Shown here in pieces: positions 14,158 through 28,303 of a DNA stretch of 64,000 nucleotides. The position numbers and the translations under genes are program-made. Positions within the stretch are counted from its first letter, which is position 1, and each line of letters opens with the position of its first letter. Below the pieces are notes generated by a model that was given only the letters and a program-made list of their open reading frames with translations, did not search any database and was not told the DNA's origin. This stretch comes from Octopus sinensis (lineage: Eukaryota), in NCBI RefSeq assembly GCF_006345805.1, contig NC_043010.1:37200001-37264000 (forward strand), read 5' to 3'.

Positions 14158-14521
14158 TTATGTATCTATGTATATATTTGTGTGTGTGCGTGTGCATATG
14201 TATGTATGCATGCATCTATATGTATGCATATATGTATGTACGCAATATCACCATCACCACTATTTCCAAATCAACTGATTTTGATTTTCTTTTTCTCCGT
14301 TATTGTGTTAGGATCAGCAATAACAACAAAAACAAAATCGTTCCAATCAGTGTTTTCTCTCTTATTTTGCCAAAGACATCTAGAATTACTTTTTATTACC
14401 ACAATGCACACACACACACACACACACACCACAAATGTTACATACATTGATACATATAAACATGTGTGTCTGTGTGAAAAAAAAAATATATATACACACA
14501 CACACACACACATATATATAT

Positions 14522-14586
<65 letters not shown>

Positions 14587-16175
14587 TTTACACACACATA
14601 CATATATAGCACAGGTGTAGCTATGTGGTAAAGATACTTGCTTCCCAACCATGTGGTCTTGGCTTCAGTTCCACAGTGTGGCACTTTGGCAAACGATCTT
14701 CTACTTTAGCCCTGGCTAGCCAAAGCCTTGTGAGTGGATTTAATAAATGGAGACTGAAGGAAGTCTGTCATGCATTTGTGCATGTGTGTGTGTTTGTGTG
14801 TGTATGTATTTGTGTGTAATAGTGGCACCAGCAGTGTTATTTGTTCCCAATCTTCTGTTAAAAACTCACGAGAAAACCTTTATCTTGCTTGAAAGCAAGT
14901 GGCGGTTGGCGACAGGAAGGGCATCTAACAATTGAAAATCTTCCTCCACGGATTCAATCTGACCCATTGGAAGCACAGGAAAGTAGAATTGGATACTGAA
15001 ATGACAATGGTAATGAAATGTTGCATCCACACAGACATACATATGTACTTATATACTTACATCGTCATCATCATCAACCTTTAACATTTATTTTCCATAC
15101 GTGCCGCTGGCATGTAAAAAGCACCATTCGAGCGTGATCGTTACCAACGTCACCTTACTGGCACTTGTGCCGGTGGCATGTGAAAAAAACATTCGAGCAA
15201 GACCGTTACCAGTGCTGCTGGACTGGCTCCTGTGCAGGTGGCACATAAAAAACACCATTTGAGCATGGCCGTTGCCAGTACCACCTGACTGGCCCTCATG
15301 CCAGTGGCACATAAAAGCACCCACTACACTCTCGGAGTGATTGGCGTTAGGAAGGGCATCCAGCTGTAGAAACTCTGCCAGATCAAGACTGGAGCCTGGT
15401 GAAGCCATCTTGTTCGCCAGTCCTCAGTCAAATCGTCCAACTCATGCTAGCATGGAAAGCAGACATTAAACGATGATGATGATGATGACTGGCATAGGTT
15501 GAATGGTTTGACAGGAACTGGCAAGGCCAGGGACCACACATGGTCCCATAGTCTGTTTTGGCTTGGTTTCTATGGCTGGAAGCCCTCCTTAATGCCAACC
15601 ACTTTACAGACTATACTGGATGCTTTTTGCGTAGCACTAGCACCAGTGCCTTTTACATGGCACCAGTGCTTCTTATGTGGCACCACAGTTTTAGGATCTC
15701 AATTCAGTTGTGATGTGCAGATCTTCTCGAGTACAGCACTGCACCACATATCTTGTGGGTCGGTCCCCTCAAGTACAGCAATGTGCCACATATCTCGGGC
15801 AGGCCTTACATTTTCCATAGTAAAAACCCTATGATTGTCCTTAATATAATATCTCTTCTCCACTATCTCAAATACTCTCCCACTTAATCAAAAGGAGCTC
15901 CCTCACCATTTTTTTCTTCTTTCCCGTCTTGGAAGCTACCTCGCATTCCCACTTATGCTGGGGGCACAAAAACAGCACCCAGCACACACGGTAAAAACAG
16001 TTGGTGTTATGAAGGGCATTTGGTCATAGAAATCATTCCAAAACCAACAGAGAGGATGATGCAGCCTTGTGGCTCACCGGATCCTGTCAAAGCATCCAAC
16101 CCATGCCAGCAAAGAAAACCAACGTTAAATAATATTGAAGATGATATGGATATGTGTATGTGTGTGTGTGTGTAT

Positions 16176-16237
<62 letters not shown>

Positions 16238-16897
16238 CACATACATATATATATATCTATCTATCTATCTATATATATATATATAAGAGAGAGAGAGATA
16301 TATATATATATATATATATATAGATATATATATATATATATATACATAGATACACATACATATATATACATATGTATGTGTATTTGTATGTGTATATATA
16401 CACACATACACACGTGTGTGTATTCTAATTAAATCAGAAATGAATTATAACTCTTGTGCAAGCAGTAACAACAACACCAGCAGCAGCAGCAGCAATAATC
16501 CAGCTGCCATGGTTACACATACTTGACACTGCTGTTTCTCTATTAAACTTATTGTCTCTTCTTGCTTGCTTAAAAAGAGATAGAAAAGGACAAGAAAACA
16601 GCCAACAACACACAACAATAGTGGGTTGGAGTGGAGTGGAGCTGAGTTGGAGTGGAGCTTTAGTTTGCTTCTTTGAGTCTAGTTCTGTATATTTTTTTCT
16701 CCTGTTTTTTTTTGTTATTGTTTTTTTTCTTTTTTTCTTCTTTTTTTTCTCTCTCCTCCATCTTTTCACTCACCTCCACTACCACCTGCCTTCTTTACTG
16801 TTTCTGTCTACATTCAAGATAAATATATATATACACACGCACACACACACACACACACACATGCATACACTCTCCTACTTCACAATGCATATATATG

Positions 16898-16935
<38 letters not shown>

Positions 16936-17234
16936 AAAGAAGGAAATATGATAATTAGCTAAAATTGAAATTCTAATCTTTGCTTGGTTTGAACTACCAA
17001 AGGTGGTTAGGGCAGTGCTGGTCGCAAATGACAATGGCGCTTGTGGGGAAGATGCATGCATTGACAAAGGTGGTGATGATGAGGAAATATTGTTTTCCTT
17101 TGTTATATATATACACATACACACACACACACACACATATATATATACACACACACATATATATATACACACACATATATATATATATACACACACATAT
17201 ATATATACACACACACATTTATATATGTATATAT

Positions 17235-17281
<47 letters not shown>

Positions 17282-17812
17282 TATATGTATATACACACAC
17301 ACACGCACATACATACACACATACAGAGAGGGAGAGAGTAGATTTTTATGTTCTGGACTAGAGGACAGAAGGTGGAGGGAAGGGGTTTATTTTTTCTTTC
17401 CTTTTTTTTTTTTTGCTTTTCCCTGTTTTTTTTTTCTCCTTTTTTCTCCTATTTATCTTTTCCATTCCAAGAGAGAGAAAAAAAGTGACATCATCATTGT
17501 TGTTGCCTTAGATTTTATTTAACTAGGCTTTTTACCTTGTCTGTCTCTGTGTCTCTCCTCCTCTCTCTCTCTCTCTCTCTAAGTTTATTAGTACTAACTG
17601 TTGTACTATTGTAGTGGTGGTGGTGGTGGAGGACCTACTATTCTTTGCCCTCCTTGCATCTGATGGCATTTAAGCCCAAGTCATCTCTGATCCAGTAGAC
17701 GTGTGATCAAAGGCATTCCATCCATGACCAACCCATCTTTTTCTATGTGCAAGAAACCCCAGACACCACTCACACATTATTCAGTGTGATAAGATAGTTG
17801 GATGTGATTAAA

Positions 17813-18038
17813 CCCTTCAGCACTCAGATTATTCTTTAGTCAAATGGAATTTTTTTTTTTAATTACATTGTTTTGAACTAATCCTGCATTATCTTGTAGC
17901 TTTGCGATCTTGGTGCTGAGATTGTTTACTTTTATACTAACACTGTAGGGTTAGTGTGAGATGCCAGATCCAGTCAGTCTGAACATTAACCGGATAGAAT
18001 AATTTGGTTGAATATTACCAGTTTAAAATGCTGAAGGG
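17813..18038 (+). mobile_element. piggyBac-like MITE, family 1
   Basis: Termini cccttcagca ... tgctgaaggg flanked by TTAA. Interior is shared with copies at about 37-215, 19993-20220, 27738-27985, 28085-28303, 29550-29751, 37162-37373, 42999-43441, 54538-55454 and 56654-56874. Confidence 0.7.
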
Positions 18039-18518
18039 TTAAGTGAGGTTTGACTGGCGGGGTGTGGGTGGGGTTCTAACAGATCCTCGTCAAACCAAGT
18101 GAAATCATAGTTGTGGCCAATGTTAGTGTCACATAACTGGCACCCGTGTCGGTGGCATGTAAAAAAGCATCCATTACACTCTTGGAGTGGTCGGCATTAG
18201 GAAGGGCATCCAGCTGTAGAAACCATGCCAAACCAGATTGAACCTGGTACAGCTCTCCAGCTTACCAGTTTCAGTCAAACTGTCTAACCCATCCAGCATG
18301 GAAAGCAGGTGCTAAATGATGATGGTGATTGAATAGCCATGTAAGTAGCTCCTGACTGATGTAGAATAATACTGGTGGCAGTAGTGATGTTTTTATTTGC
18401 TCCTAAAGCAACCTTTACTGCAAAGACCTATGGTTCAAGAACATCCAAACCATGACCATCTCATCTGTTTGGATGGTGTATCTCAGGCTTCCTTCAGTCA
18501 TGCTTGACTATGAATTTC

Positions 18519-18750
18519 TTATTTCTTTACTACCCACAAGGGCCTAAACACAGAGGGGACAAACAATGACAGACAAATGGATTAAGTCGATTAGATTGAC
18601 CCCAGTGCCTAACTGGTACTTATTTAATCAACCCAGAAAGGATGAAAGGCAAAGTCGACCTCGGCGGAATTTGAACTCAGAACGTAGTGGCAGACGAAAT
18701 ACCGCTAAGCATTTCGCCTGGCATGATAACGTTTCTGCCAGCTCGCCGCC
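18519..18750 (-). mobile_element. tRNA-derived SINE family A (CORE-like central domain), full-length copy
   Basis: Head ggcggcgagctggcagaaacgtt with A/B-box-like motifs (gagttcaaattcc), central ctttgcctttcatcctttc..gggt.gataaa domain, tail ending gtagtaaagaaata. Many copies in the window. Confidence 0.8.
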
Positions 18751-19178
18751 TTATGACCACGAATTTCTGCACATGGAAAGTTTGTTTCCTAAGATCAGGT
18801 GTTGGCACGGGTGTTTTGTGAAAGATTAGCTGTTGTCCATGCCTGCAAGTCTCTCCTCGCCATTCTACCCATGCTTTCCAAGTTAAAAGACAGGTCTGAT
18901 GAAACTTGGCACCAAGTGCCATCATGGACATTGTGATCAGAATACAAACAGAGCATCCTATGATAAATTCTAACAGTTCCATCAATCCAACACCCTAAAA
19001 GTATCCTTTTTTTTTATTGATTCCTAAAAGACATAAGGCAAAGTTGACTTCATTCAGCAGGAAATGAACTCAGGATACAGAGAGTTGGGACAAACATCAT
19101 GAAAAACTGTATCCAATTTCTTTAGTGACTCTGCCAATTCACCAGACCTTCCTCGAACTACACTCTAAATCTAAAGTA

Positions 19179-19395
19179 TACTCTTTACTCTTTTACTTGT
19201 TTCAGTCATTTGACTGCAGCCATGCTGGAGCACCACCTTTAGTCGAGCAAATTGACACTAGGCCTTATTCTTTGGAAGCCTAGTACTTATTCTATTGGGG
19301 TCTCTTTTGCCGAACCGCTAAGTTACGGGAACGTAAATACATCACCATCAATTGTCAAGTGATGTTGGGGGACAGACACAGACACACAAACATAT

Positions 19396-19452
<57 letters not shown>

Positions 19453-19616
19453 TACGACGGGCTTCTTTCAGTTTCCATCTACCAAATCCACTCACAAGGC
19501 TTTGGTTGGCTCGAGGCTATAGTAGAGACACATGCCCAGGGTGCTACGCTGTGGGACTGAACCCGGAACCATGTGGCTGGTAAGCAAGCTACTTACCACA
19601 CAGCCACTCCTGCGCC
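19179..19616 (-). mobile_element. tRNA-derived SINE family B with internal (AT/AC)n tract, full-length copy
   Basis: Head ggcgcaggagtggctgtgtggtaag...gggttcagtcc, body caaagccttgtgagtggatttggtaga, tail gtcaaatgactgaaacaagtaaaaga. Homologous copies at about 5996-6400, 11713-12150, 29179-29548, 30715-31030 and 38995-39375. Confidence 0.8.
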
Positions 19617-22600
19617 TATGAGAAAATAGTTTAGATAACATAATCCTATTTCCCCTAAAAGACAAGATGGTAAACAGCCAGAAATGTTTATGCCTTTTGG
19701 TATTCATCTATGTTCTTTAGTGTTTTAACTTTAAGTTTTGATAGGTTTGACATCATCTTTCAATGTTTCACTTGTTTTATTGACCACTTCTCATTATCAT
19801 TTAACATCCATTTTCCATGCCGGCATGGGTTGAACTGACATTGATAAATCAAGTAACAAGATTGAATATAAGCCCTATATTGTTTTCTGTGTTGTTGTTT
19901 AGCACCATGTGAGCTGTGATTCAGAAAACGCCTTATTATCGACTATTCTTTTCATTTCGACGTGTATAGTATCCTGTATGTTCTTCCATTTTTAACTCTT
20001 TAGCATTCAGATTTCTCTGTCAGATGTAATGCTTATCTGCTCACATTGTTTTGAATTAATCATGCAGTACCTCATAGCTTCAAGATTTCAATGATGCGAT
20101 TGTTATTTTCAGAATGACATTACAGGATAAATGTTAGAAACTGGATCTGACTAGTTTGAACATAAAACAGGGAGAGTATTTGGAGCCAGACGTGGCTGGT
20201 TTAAATTCTAAAATGTTAAGATAGGAGAGTATGAAATTTTCCCAAAATATTTGTCTACTCTTTCTAGCAAAGCTGAGTGACATTTTAGTGGCCAGCCCTT
20301 ACTGTCTTGCAGTGTTCAATGTAATGTATTGTTGCAGCTTTCGGCCTCTGACAACTGGCTGTATTTAGTGAGGCATCCAAGGATAATTTAACTTGACCTG
20401 TCTCATTAATTTTCACTTGTAATGCTATGAGAACGGTCTCTTAATCAATAATGAAATTGCTCCCACAGCCTTGTTTAGTTGAGTGACCAGGTAAGATTTC
20501 ATTTCAAGCCACCACAAGCCAACTAATCAGCTTTGTAATTCTGCCTTATTCCTCTTCTCTCCTGTTCAAAATTTTTTTTCTCTCCAGATTCTGGCGAATT
20601 CTTCCAAATTTATACTGAAATACATTACCAACCTGAATGGTACACTACATGATCAGTTTAACTTGACCATGTAGTAAATTGACTGTTTTCAGTTTGGGAT
20701 ATCTGTTTTAGAAAGGGACATTTTTGCCATAGTTAAATTAGGGGCCAGCAAAGCATTTTTATTTTTTTAATATTTTGTAAAGTAGGCTATATTGGAATTC
20801 TATAGCCTTGAGGGTCAAAGCATATGAAAAAAACAATAACAATGAAACCTTGATCATACAAGTCTATAGAAACAGCCAGCTGTTTGTTTTAAAAAAATTT
20901 TACTGTAGCTGTGTGGTTAAGAGGCTTGCAATGCAGTCACATGGTTTCCTCTCTACTATAAACACACAACCAGAAATTTTGCTGGTGGGGGAATAATTAA
21001 GGTCATTGACCCCATTGTTTGACTGCTAATTATTTTAGGCCAAGTCAACCTTAATGGAATTTGAACTCAGAACATAAAGCTGGAAAAAATGCCACTTGGA
21101 GTTTTGTCCAACATGCTAATAAATGTGCCAATTCACTGCCTAACTAATAATGATAATAATAATAATAATAATAATAATAATGGTTTCTGATTTAAGCACA
21201 AGGCCAGCAGTTTTGAGAAGAGAGGTATTACTGAATTTCATTGAACCCAGTACTTGACTCGTACTTAATGTTATCAGTACCAGAGGGATGAAAGGTAATG
21301 ATGATCTCAGTAAGATTTCAAATCAGAACATAAGCATAACATCAGAAATCTGAAGGATGGAAATTAATTAAGTTGATTCCAGTCATTATTGACACTTTAT
21401 TTTATCAAGACCCAGAAGGGTGAGGTAAAGTTGACCCCACCAGGATTTGAACTCAAAGCTTGAAGAGCCAAAATGAATACTGCAAGGCTCTAATGATTCT
21501 TTCAATTCATAAAGGTCTCTCAGATTGGCAGAAAGCCAGTGTTTTATAGTGGAGAGGTTATAGGGAATCCCAGGATATTATTGGGTCTTATTAACGTTGG
21601 CAGAATTTCAGCTGAGTGGCTACGCTGAAAATGGGAACTAGATACTATAATTTGGTAGTTAATTTATGCCAACTAAATGTTAACCCAGGCTACATCTGCT
21701 CCAATAATCACAGAAAATCTGTGATGGTTGATAATTGATGGCAAAATTAACTGCTATGGATTGCACTGTCCTAAAGTGTGCATGCATGTGACCAGGGACC
21801 ACATGTGGGCTTATATTCCCTCTAAAACTCTGAACATGAACTCCACATCTCAACAGCAAATGACTACTACATGGCTGACCGTGAGGGATGTGGTGAACTC
21901 ATTGGTGAAAGCTGGCTCAGCCCACCCCAGGTGGATGCTGCTGATTGCTGTGAGGATGAGGATGTTGATTGGTAATAATAAGGATGTTTTACATAATCTC
22001 TTCAACTTAGGAAGAAAGGGAGACCAAGTAAACTTTGTTGTGATTTGAACTCACCATCAAGAGGTGTAAATATCTAATACTGGAAGAAGGTGGCAAGCTG
22101 GCAGAATTGTTAGCACGCCAGACAAACTGCTTAGTGGCATTTCACCCATTTTTAAGTTCTGAGTTCGAATTCCACTAAAGTCAAATTTTCCTTTCACCCA
22201 TTCAGGGTTGATAAAATAAGTACCAGGTGAGCACTAGGGGTCAATGTAATTGACTTACTTTCTCCCCCTGAACCTGCTGCCCTTGTGCCTACAAATTTTG
22301 GAGAAGGCGACCCCTGTACTTGATTGATGTAAAAGCTAATGTCAACCTCAATCGGATTTGAGCTTGAATCATAAATGGACATTGATTATTTAATATATGT
22401 CCATAAAGGCCTTAGTTTGAACAGGAGTCTGGGAAAACTTCAAGGAAATTGATCTCAGTATGTGGCTTGTATTTATTTTATCGACTCTCAAAGAATAAAT
22501 GACTAAGTCACCCCAAGCAGGATTAAAAATCATAATCTATTGGGACGTAATTAAGTACCACAAGGTATTTAATCTTCCTCTCTATTGATTTATTTCTAAA

Positions 22601-23755
22601 CATTTACTTCTTCATTACCTTTATTATTATTGTTACTACTGTTGTTGTTGTTGTTGTTCAGATCATTACTGCAATATGCAAAAATAAAAGAACAATATTA
22701 ACTGTTTGTCTAACAAGGTGCATTCATTGCTACACACACCCCATACTCCTCGCCTTTCCCTTCACATTCTGCCTTTTCACCCCAACCCCTGCTTTCACGA
22801 CTACTATTTTTATCTCTCTGTTTTCTCCCCTTTCTGCATCTTCTTTTTCTCATCTCCCTCTGCCTTTTCCTCCTTCTCCTCCTCCTACTCCTTCACTTTG
22901 TTGTGTCTGTTTTTCTAGTGAATGCACACATGCAATCAGACATATGCATTTCTGAAAATGCCTACAGGAACATGCATGCACATATACATACATGCATGCA
23001 TGCATGCTTGCAGGTGTACAAATACATGGTTTATCAGGAAATACGTGCATTATCAGGTGCACACAGATGTATGCAATTAGTTAATGCATAAGTATGTGGC
23101 TGCAAAAAAATCACACACACACACACACTCATATGTAGAGGTGTAAATGCAAACACTCGTACAAAAATAACATATGCACATAATACACATACACATGTAT
23201 GGATGTGCATATGCACCTGCATGCAAGCTTTCTCTCTCTCATTTTCCCTCCCTCTTTCTTTCTTTCTCTGTCACATATACACGCAGATGGAAACTTTACA
23301 CAAACACACACACATGCATGCATAAAAATATATGCATGTATGTAAAGAGGAAATTATGCATACAAACATTTATCTACACATGCACATATCCATACACTTA
23401 TGTGCAATTTTGCACACAGAATCTCACACACACACACAATCACATGTATATTGACACTGCCACATGAAGAAAATTTTCTCTTCTAGTTTCACATGCATTT
23501 ATATAAACCACAGTTATCTGTAATTAAACACATATACACATGTATGTGTATACACACACACACACACGCACACACTGCCAACAATGTCACATTTCAAGGC
23601 AAGAATATTCCATGTAGAATGTTAATTGACAAAAGAATTTCCTTCAGAATTGAGGAATTTAGAGTAAAACAATTTTATCTGTTTCTCTCACTTCCTTCTT
23701 TACTCCTTCCACCTTCACCATCCATCCTTGTCTTTTTCTTTCTTTATCATTTTCA

Positions 23756-23786
<31 letters not shown>

Positions 23787-24142
23787 ATGCAATAACTGCT
23801 CAAAATACTGACCTACATCAGTACACATTATCATCATCATCATCATCATCATCATCAGTGAATTAATGGAATCAGTAATCTACAAACATACGTAAAGCTG
23901 TCTGCTAAATAATAAAATCTACATCTAGAAGGCTTCCAATCATAATTATAATGGTTTCTGATTTTGACACAAGGCCAGCAATTTCAGGTGGAGTAGGGTT
24001 AAGTCGATTACATCAACCCCATTACTCAACTAGTATTTATTTTATCAATCCCAAAAGGATGAAAGGCAAAGTCAACCTCAGCACATCACATATTGCTACT
24101 ACTGCTACATTATGAAAGAGACTGTTTTTACATTGGCTTGTT

Positions 24143-24330
24143 CAGTGTTCAGCAACCTTTTTTCATTTGCAGTATTCTCTTATATTCTTTTCAAAATTCG
24201 GTGGCACACCTGAACTAAAAACATAACTAAAAGTATAACAGGAAACATTATATTCGGGTTACACTGTGGCACACCTAGCATTGTCTCATGGCACACCAGT
24301 GTGCCACAGTATGCCATTTGTGAAGCACTG
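24143..24330. mobile_element. hAT-superfamily (Charlie-like) MITE
   Basis: Termini cagtgttcagcaa / tttgtgaagcactg (both CAGTG). Flanking 8-mers ggcttgtt (24135-24142) and ggctagtt (24331-24338) match at 7/8, consistent with an 8-bp hAT TSD. Confidence 0.65.
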
Positions 24331-24499
24331 GGCTAGTTCAATCATGATGCTCATTCATCAATCCTGAAGGGATAGGGATTACAAGCAAAGCCAACCTCAG
24401 TGGAATTTGAAATCAGAATGTCGAGAGCCAGAAGAAATGTCCCCGGGCATTTTCATCTGGCATGGTAAAACTTTTGCCAGCTCACTGCCTTAATAATAA

Positions 24500-24890
24500 T
24501 AGTAAGTAATCCTTTCTATTAAAGGCACAAGGCCTAAAAGTTTGGGGAGGGGACTAGTTGATTACATCGACACCAGTGTTTCACTGGTACTTAATTTATA
24601 AATCCCGAAAAGATGAAAAGCAAAGTCGGCTTTGGTGGAATTTGAACTCAGAACATAAGGATGGACAAAATACCACTAAGCATTTTGCCTGACATGCTAA
24701 TGGTTCTTATTTCTTTACTGTCCAGAAGGGGCTATACACAGAGGGGACAAACAAGGACAGGCAAACAGATTAAGTCGATTATATCGACTCCAATACGTAA
24801 CTGGTACTTATTTAATTGAACGTTGTGGCAGACGAAATACCACTAAGCATTTCGCCCGGAGTGCTAATGGTACTGCCAGCTCACTGCCTT
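24500..24890 (-). mobile_element. SINE family A tandem dimer (degenerate)
   Basis: Two head/core units joined at gctaatggttct|tatttctttac near 24707. Confidence 0.65.
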
Positions 24891-25253
24891 GACACAAGGC
24901 CAGCAGTTTTGAGGGGAGGGGCATAGTTAATACTATTGAACCCAGGAGATTCCTGGACTAACCCCTTCTGCTCAAAGTTGCTGGCCTTGTGTTAAAATAT
25001 GTAATCGACTAGCCTCCCTTCCCCCAAAATTCCAGGCCTTATGCCTATAGTAGAAAGGATTATCATGATTATTATTATTACTATTATTATTATTATTATT
25101 TTTACTGTTATTAAATGGTGAGGTGGCAGAATATTTAGTGCATGCTAGAATGGGTCAACCATTGGCAGGAAGTGGAATGGTTAGAATTAAAAGTAAAAAA
25201 TAAAAAATTAATGGGAAAGTGATACAAATGCTTGCGCGCGCGCACGCACACGC

Positions 25254-25289
<36 letters not shown>

Positions 25290-26049
25290 AGGCAAAAGAG
25301 GGACTGCCTGGTAAGGTCATAAGGATGGGATATGTAGTTGGTGTTAATTAACATTAAGATAACATGAAGAGTTAGGTCTCATGATTCATCTTCATGTTGT
25401 TTTCTAGGGACTAGTAGTGTCCCTATACTTAATGTTGTTGTTTGGTCTAAGGTCAGCCCTGTCCTTTCTCCTTAATTATTATATATCTGGGATTTCCATC
25501 TGAAATGTGTCCATCCCTTTATATATATATATATATAGTTGTTGGATTTGAGTGATTTCAGAAACCACAGAGAGGTTTCCTCTTTGTGGTTGTGCTTGTA
25601 GGACATCATCATAGACTGGCTTGTGTGTGTGTGTGTATGAGGTAGTGTCTAGTTATGGTTGAATGGTTAGAGCAATTGGCTTGTGTATGTTTGAGGTAGG
25701 GGGTAGTCACGGTTGAATGGTTTAGACATGTCATTGTGTGTGGTGTGCTTGTTTGTGTATTAGGGTGTAGCTATGGCTGACTGGTTAAACTTGGTGTGGC
25801 ATGGTGTGGTGTGTGTGTGTGTAGTAAAGAGTTCTCATTGATGAATGGCTAAGAAGTTGGCTTGAGTATTTTTGTGTGCTAGCATGGTCTACAATATGAA
25901 GAAGCTCCCTTTTGTCATTGTGAAACCCAGATTTAAATCCCACTGCATGGCAATGCAAGCTAGTGTGTCCTACCTTAGCCCCAGATCGATCCAATGGCCC
26001 AGAGCTTACTTCCAGTTTTCATAACATTAAACAGATGAAAGACAAATTG

Positions 26050-26358
26050 TTCCTCAAGATATGGCACTGATGTGGTTAAGAAGCTCCATTTGTAACTATT
26101 TTCTCCTGAGCTTTGGTCCTACAACATCCATATGAAAGATATTGTTGTATACAGTGCTCAGGTGCACTACAACTAAGAAAAAGAAAAGGGCAGTCAGGTG
26201 TTCTGTTGGAGGATTTCAGGAAGCATGGAAGTTTTGAGGGATGTAGTGTCTCAATAGCTAATGATTGATGTGGGTAGTTTATTCCATGCTTCACCAATTC
26301 TGAGCGAGAAAAAGTGTTTCTCAAAATCATGGGTGTTGTGTTGGTTTTTGATTTTGTA
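26050..26358 (-). mobile_element. CR1/L2-clade LINE 3' end remnant
   Basis: Minus strand translates YKIKNQHNTHDFEKHFFSLRIGEAWNKLPTSIISY*DTTSLKTSM, matching the HFFS.R...WN.LP..V.....FK motif at the C-terminus of CR1-type ORF2. Confidence 0.7.
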
Positions 26359-26852
26359 AGCCAGTGGCACGTAAAAAGAACCCACTACACTCACGGAGTG
26401 GTTGGCGTTAGGAAGGGCATCCAGCCGTAGAAGCATTGCCAGGTCAGACTGGGCCTGGTGCAGCCTTCTGGCCTCCCAGACCCCAGTTGAACCATCCAAC
26501 CCATGCTAGCATGGAAATAGGACGCTAAATGATGATGATGATGATGATGTCCATGAGCATTTAACATATGATAGCTGCCTTGTGGTGATTATTGTGGATA
26601 TTGGTTTATATCTTACCTGTGTGTGTGTGTGAAAAGGGGGTTAAAATCAGCTTCATGTTTCATTTGTCTGGAGTCTTCGTCAAACATAACAAACTCTGTT
26701 TGAACTATCCTCAAAAGGTTTGAAGTATCAGTCAATCTCCTTTAATATAAAAGAGATTTACTCTATATCCAGTTTGGAGTGCCTTCATCAGTAAATGTTT
26801 ATTACCCTTTTAAAACTTAACATTAAAGTGTGTGAGTGTGCTTGTAAAAGTG

Positions 26853-26883
<31 letters not shown>

Positions 26884-27513
26884 ATGCTATGTATATATGA
26901 TGTGATGTGTGGTATATAATTGAGGGAGAAAGAGAAATGAGATGAGCTAGCATGAATAAAATGCTGAGAAATTGACCCAGAGGTCATGAGTTCAAGTGTT
27001 ACCATTGGTATTTTCTGCTGTATCCCTGTAGGCAAAAGACCTTTCTTATTCCTGTCCTCCTTTTATAACTGCTAACACAATACACAATGGAACTACTTAA
27101 ATAACCTTGTACCACGCCCTCATTCATAGTTGGATGGTTCCCATTAAATAGAAGTTATCCAGCTGTGTAATGCAAGTTTCCATTGATTCATACCAATGTA
27201 GTTGTTGGTGTTTAGGTGTTTAGCCCAAGGTCAACTCTTTTGGGTCACCCCTAGGAGCAGACTTAAGTTGTAGCAGTGATCACTTCTCCTTTTTGTATAT
27301 TTGTTGTAACTACTTTGTCTACTGGATTCTTGTTTTTTTTTTCTTTTCTTTGATTTTAAAAGATTATTTAAAAGGTTAATAATTTAAAAGATTAATAATT
27401 ATTATTATTTCTTTCTGAGATTTTAAAAGATTATTATTTCCAGCCGGTTAACTCCTTAGATACTAACCTCCTAAAAAGACCCTTGGTTTCATGATTCTAA
27501 GTCCCTGTCTTAA

Positions 27514-27733
27514 CCCTTTTGATACCAACCCGCCTGAAACTGCCTCTGGCTCTGTAGTACAAATGTCTTGTTTTCAAAAGTTCTGAATTAAAATCTTCCA
27601 CTAAACCTTAGTCACAATTTATATTCCTAACACTAGGTTAATGATAACAAAGTTATTCTACTAAATTCTTTGTTATATTTAAAATTAATTGTAAGAAACA
27701 TAAAGAATCTCAACAAATATGGTAACAAAAGGG
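27514..27733. mobile_element. piggyBac-like MITE, family 2
   Basis: TIRs cccttttgatacca / tggtaacaaaaggg (13/14 complementary), flanked by TTAA at 27510-27513 and 27734-27737. Second copy at about 55672-55890. Confidence 0.75.
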
Positions 27734-28084
27734 TTAAGCTTTCAGATGACTCTGTCAAACAAAATTCCTGTTTATTCAAATTGGTTTGAATTAATCACAC
27801 ATTATCTCATTGCTGCAAGATTTCAATGATGTGACAGTATATTTTTAGAATGACATTGTATGGTAGATGTGACAGTATATTTTTAGAATGACATTGTATG
27901 GTAGATGTGACAGGCTGAATCTGGCCAGTTTGAACATAAGACATAGACTATTTCAGTTTGAAATGTCTGGTTTAAATGTTAAAGAACTCTAAATTAAAAC
28001 CTTCCATCAAAATTCCAAGTCAATTTATTCTCTGAACACCAGCTTATTTTGATAAATTCTTCGTGATCTTCAAAATTGATTTAA

Positions 28085-28303
28085 CCCTTTAGTATTTAAA
28101 CCGGCCATATCCGGCCAAAATATTTCATTTGTTTTATGTTCAAACTGACCAGATCCAGGCTGTCACACCTACCCTACAATGCTATTCTACATTAAGTAAT
28201 TACACCATCAAGATCTTGAAGATGTGAGATAATGCATGATTAATTCAAATCAATGTGAACCAATAAGCATTATGTTTGATAGAATAATCTGAACACTAAA
28301 GAG
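28085..28303 (-). mobile_element. piggyBac-like MITE, family 1 (reverse orientation)
   Basis: ccctttagt ... actaaagag with TTAA at 28081-28084 and 28304-28307. Interior is the reverse complement of family 1. Confidence 0.7.
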
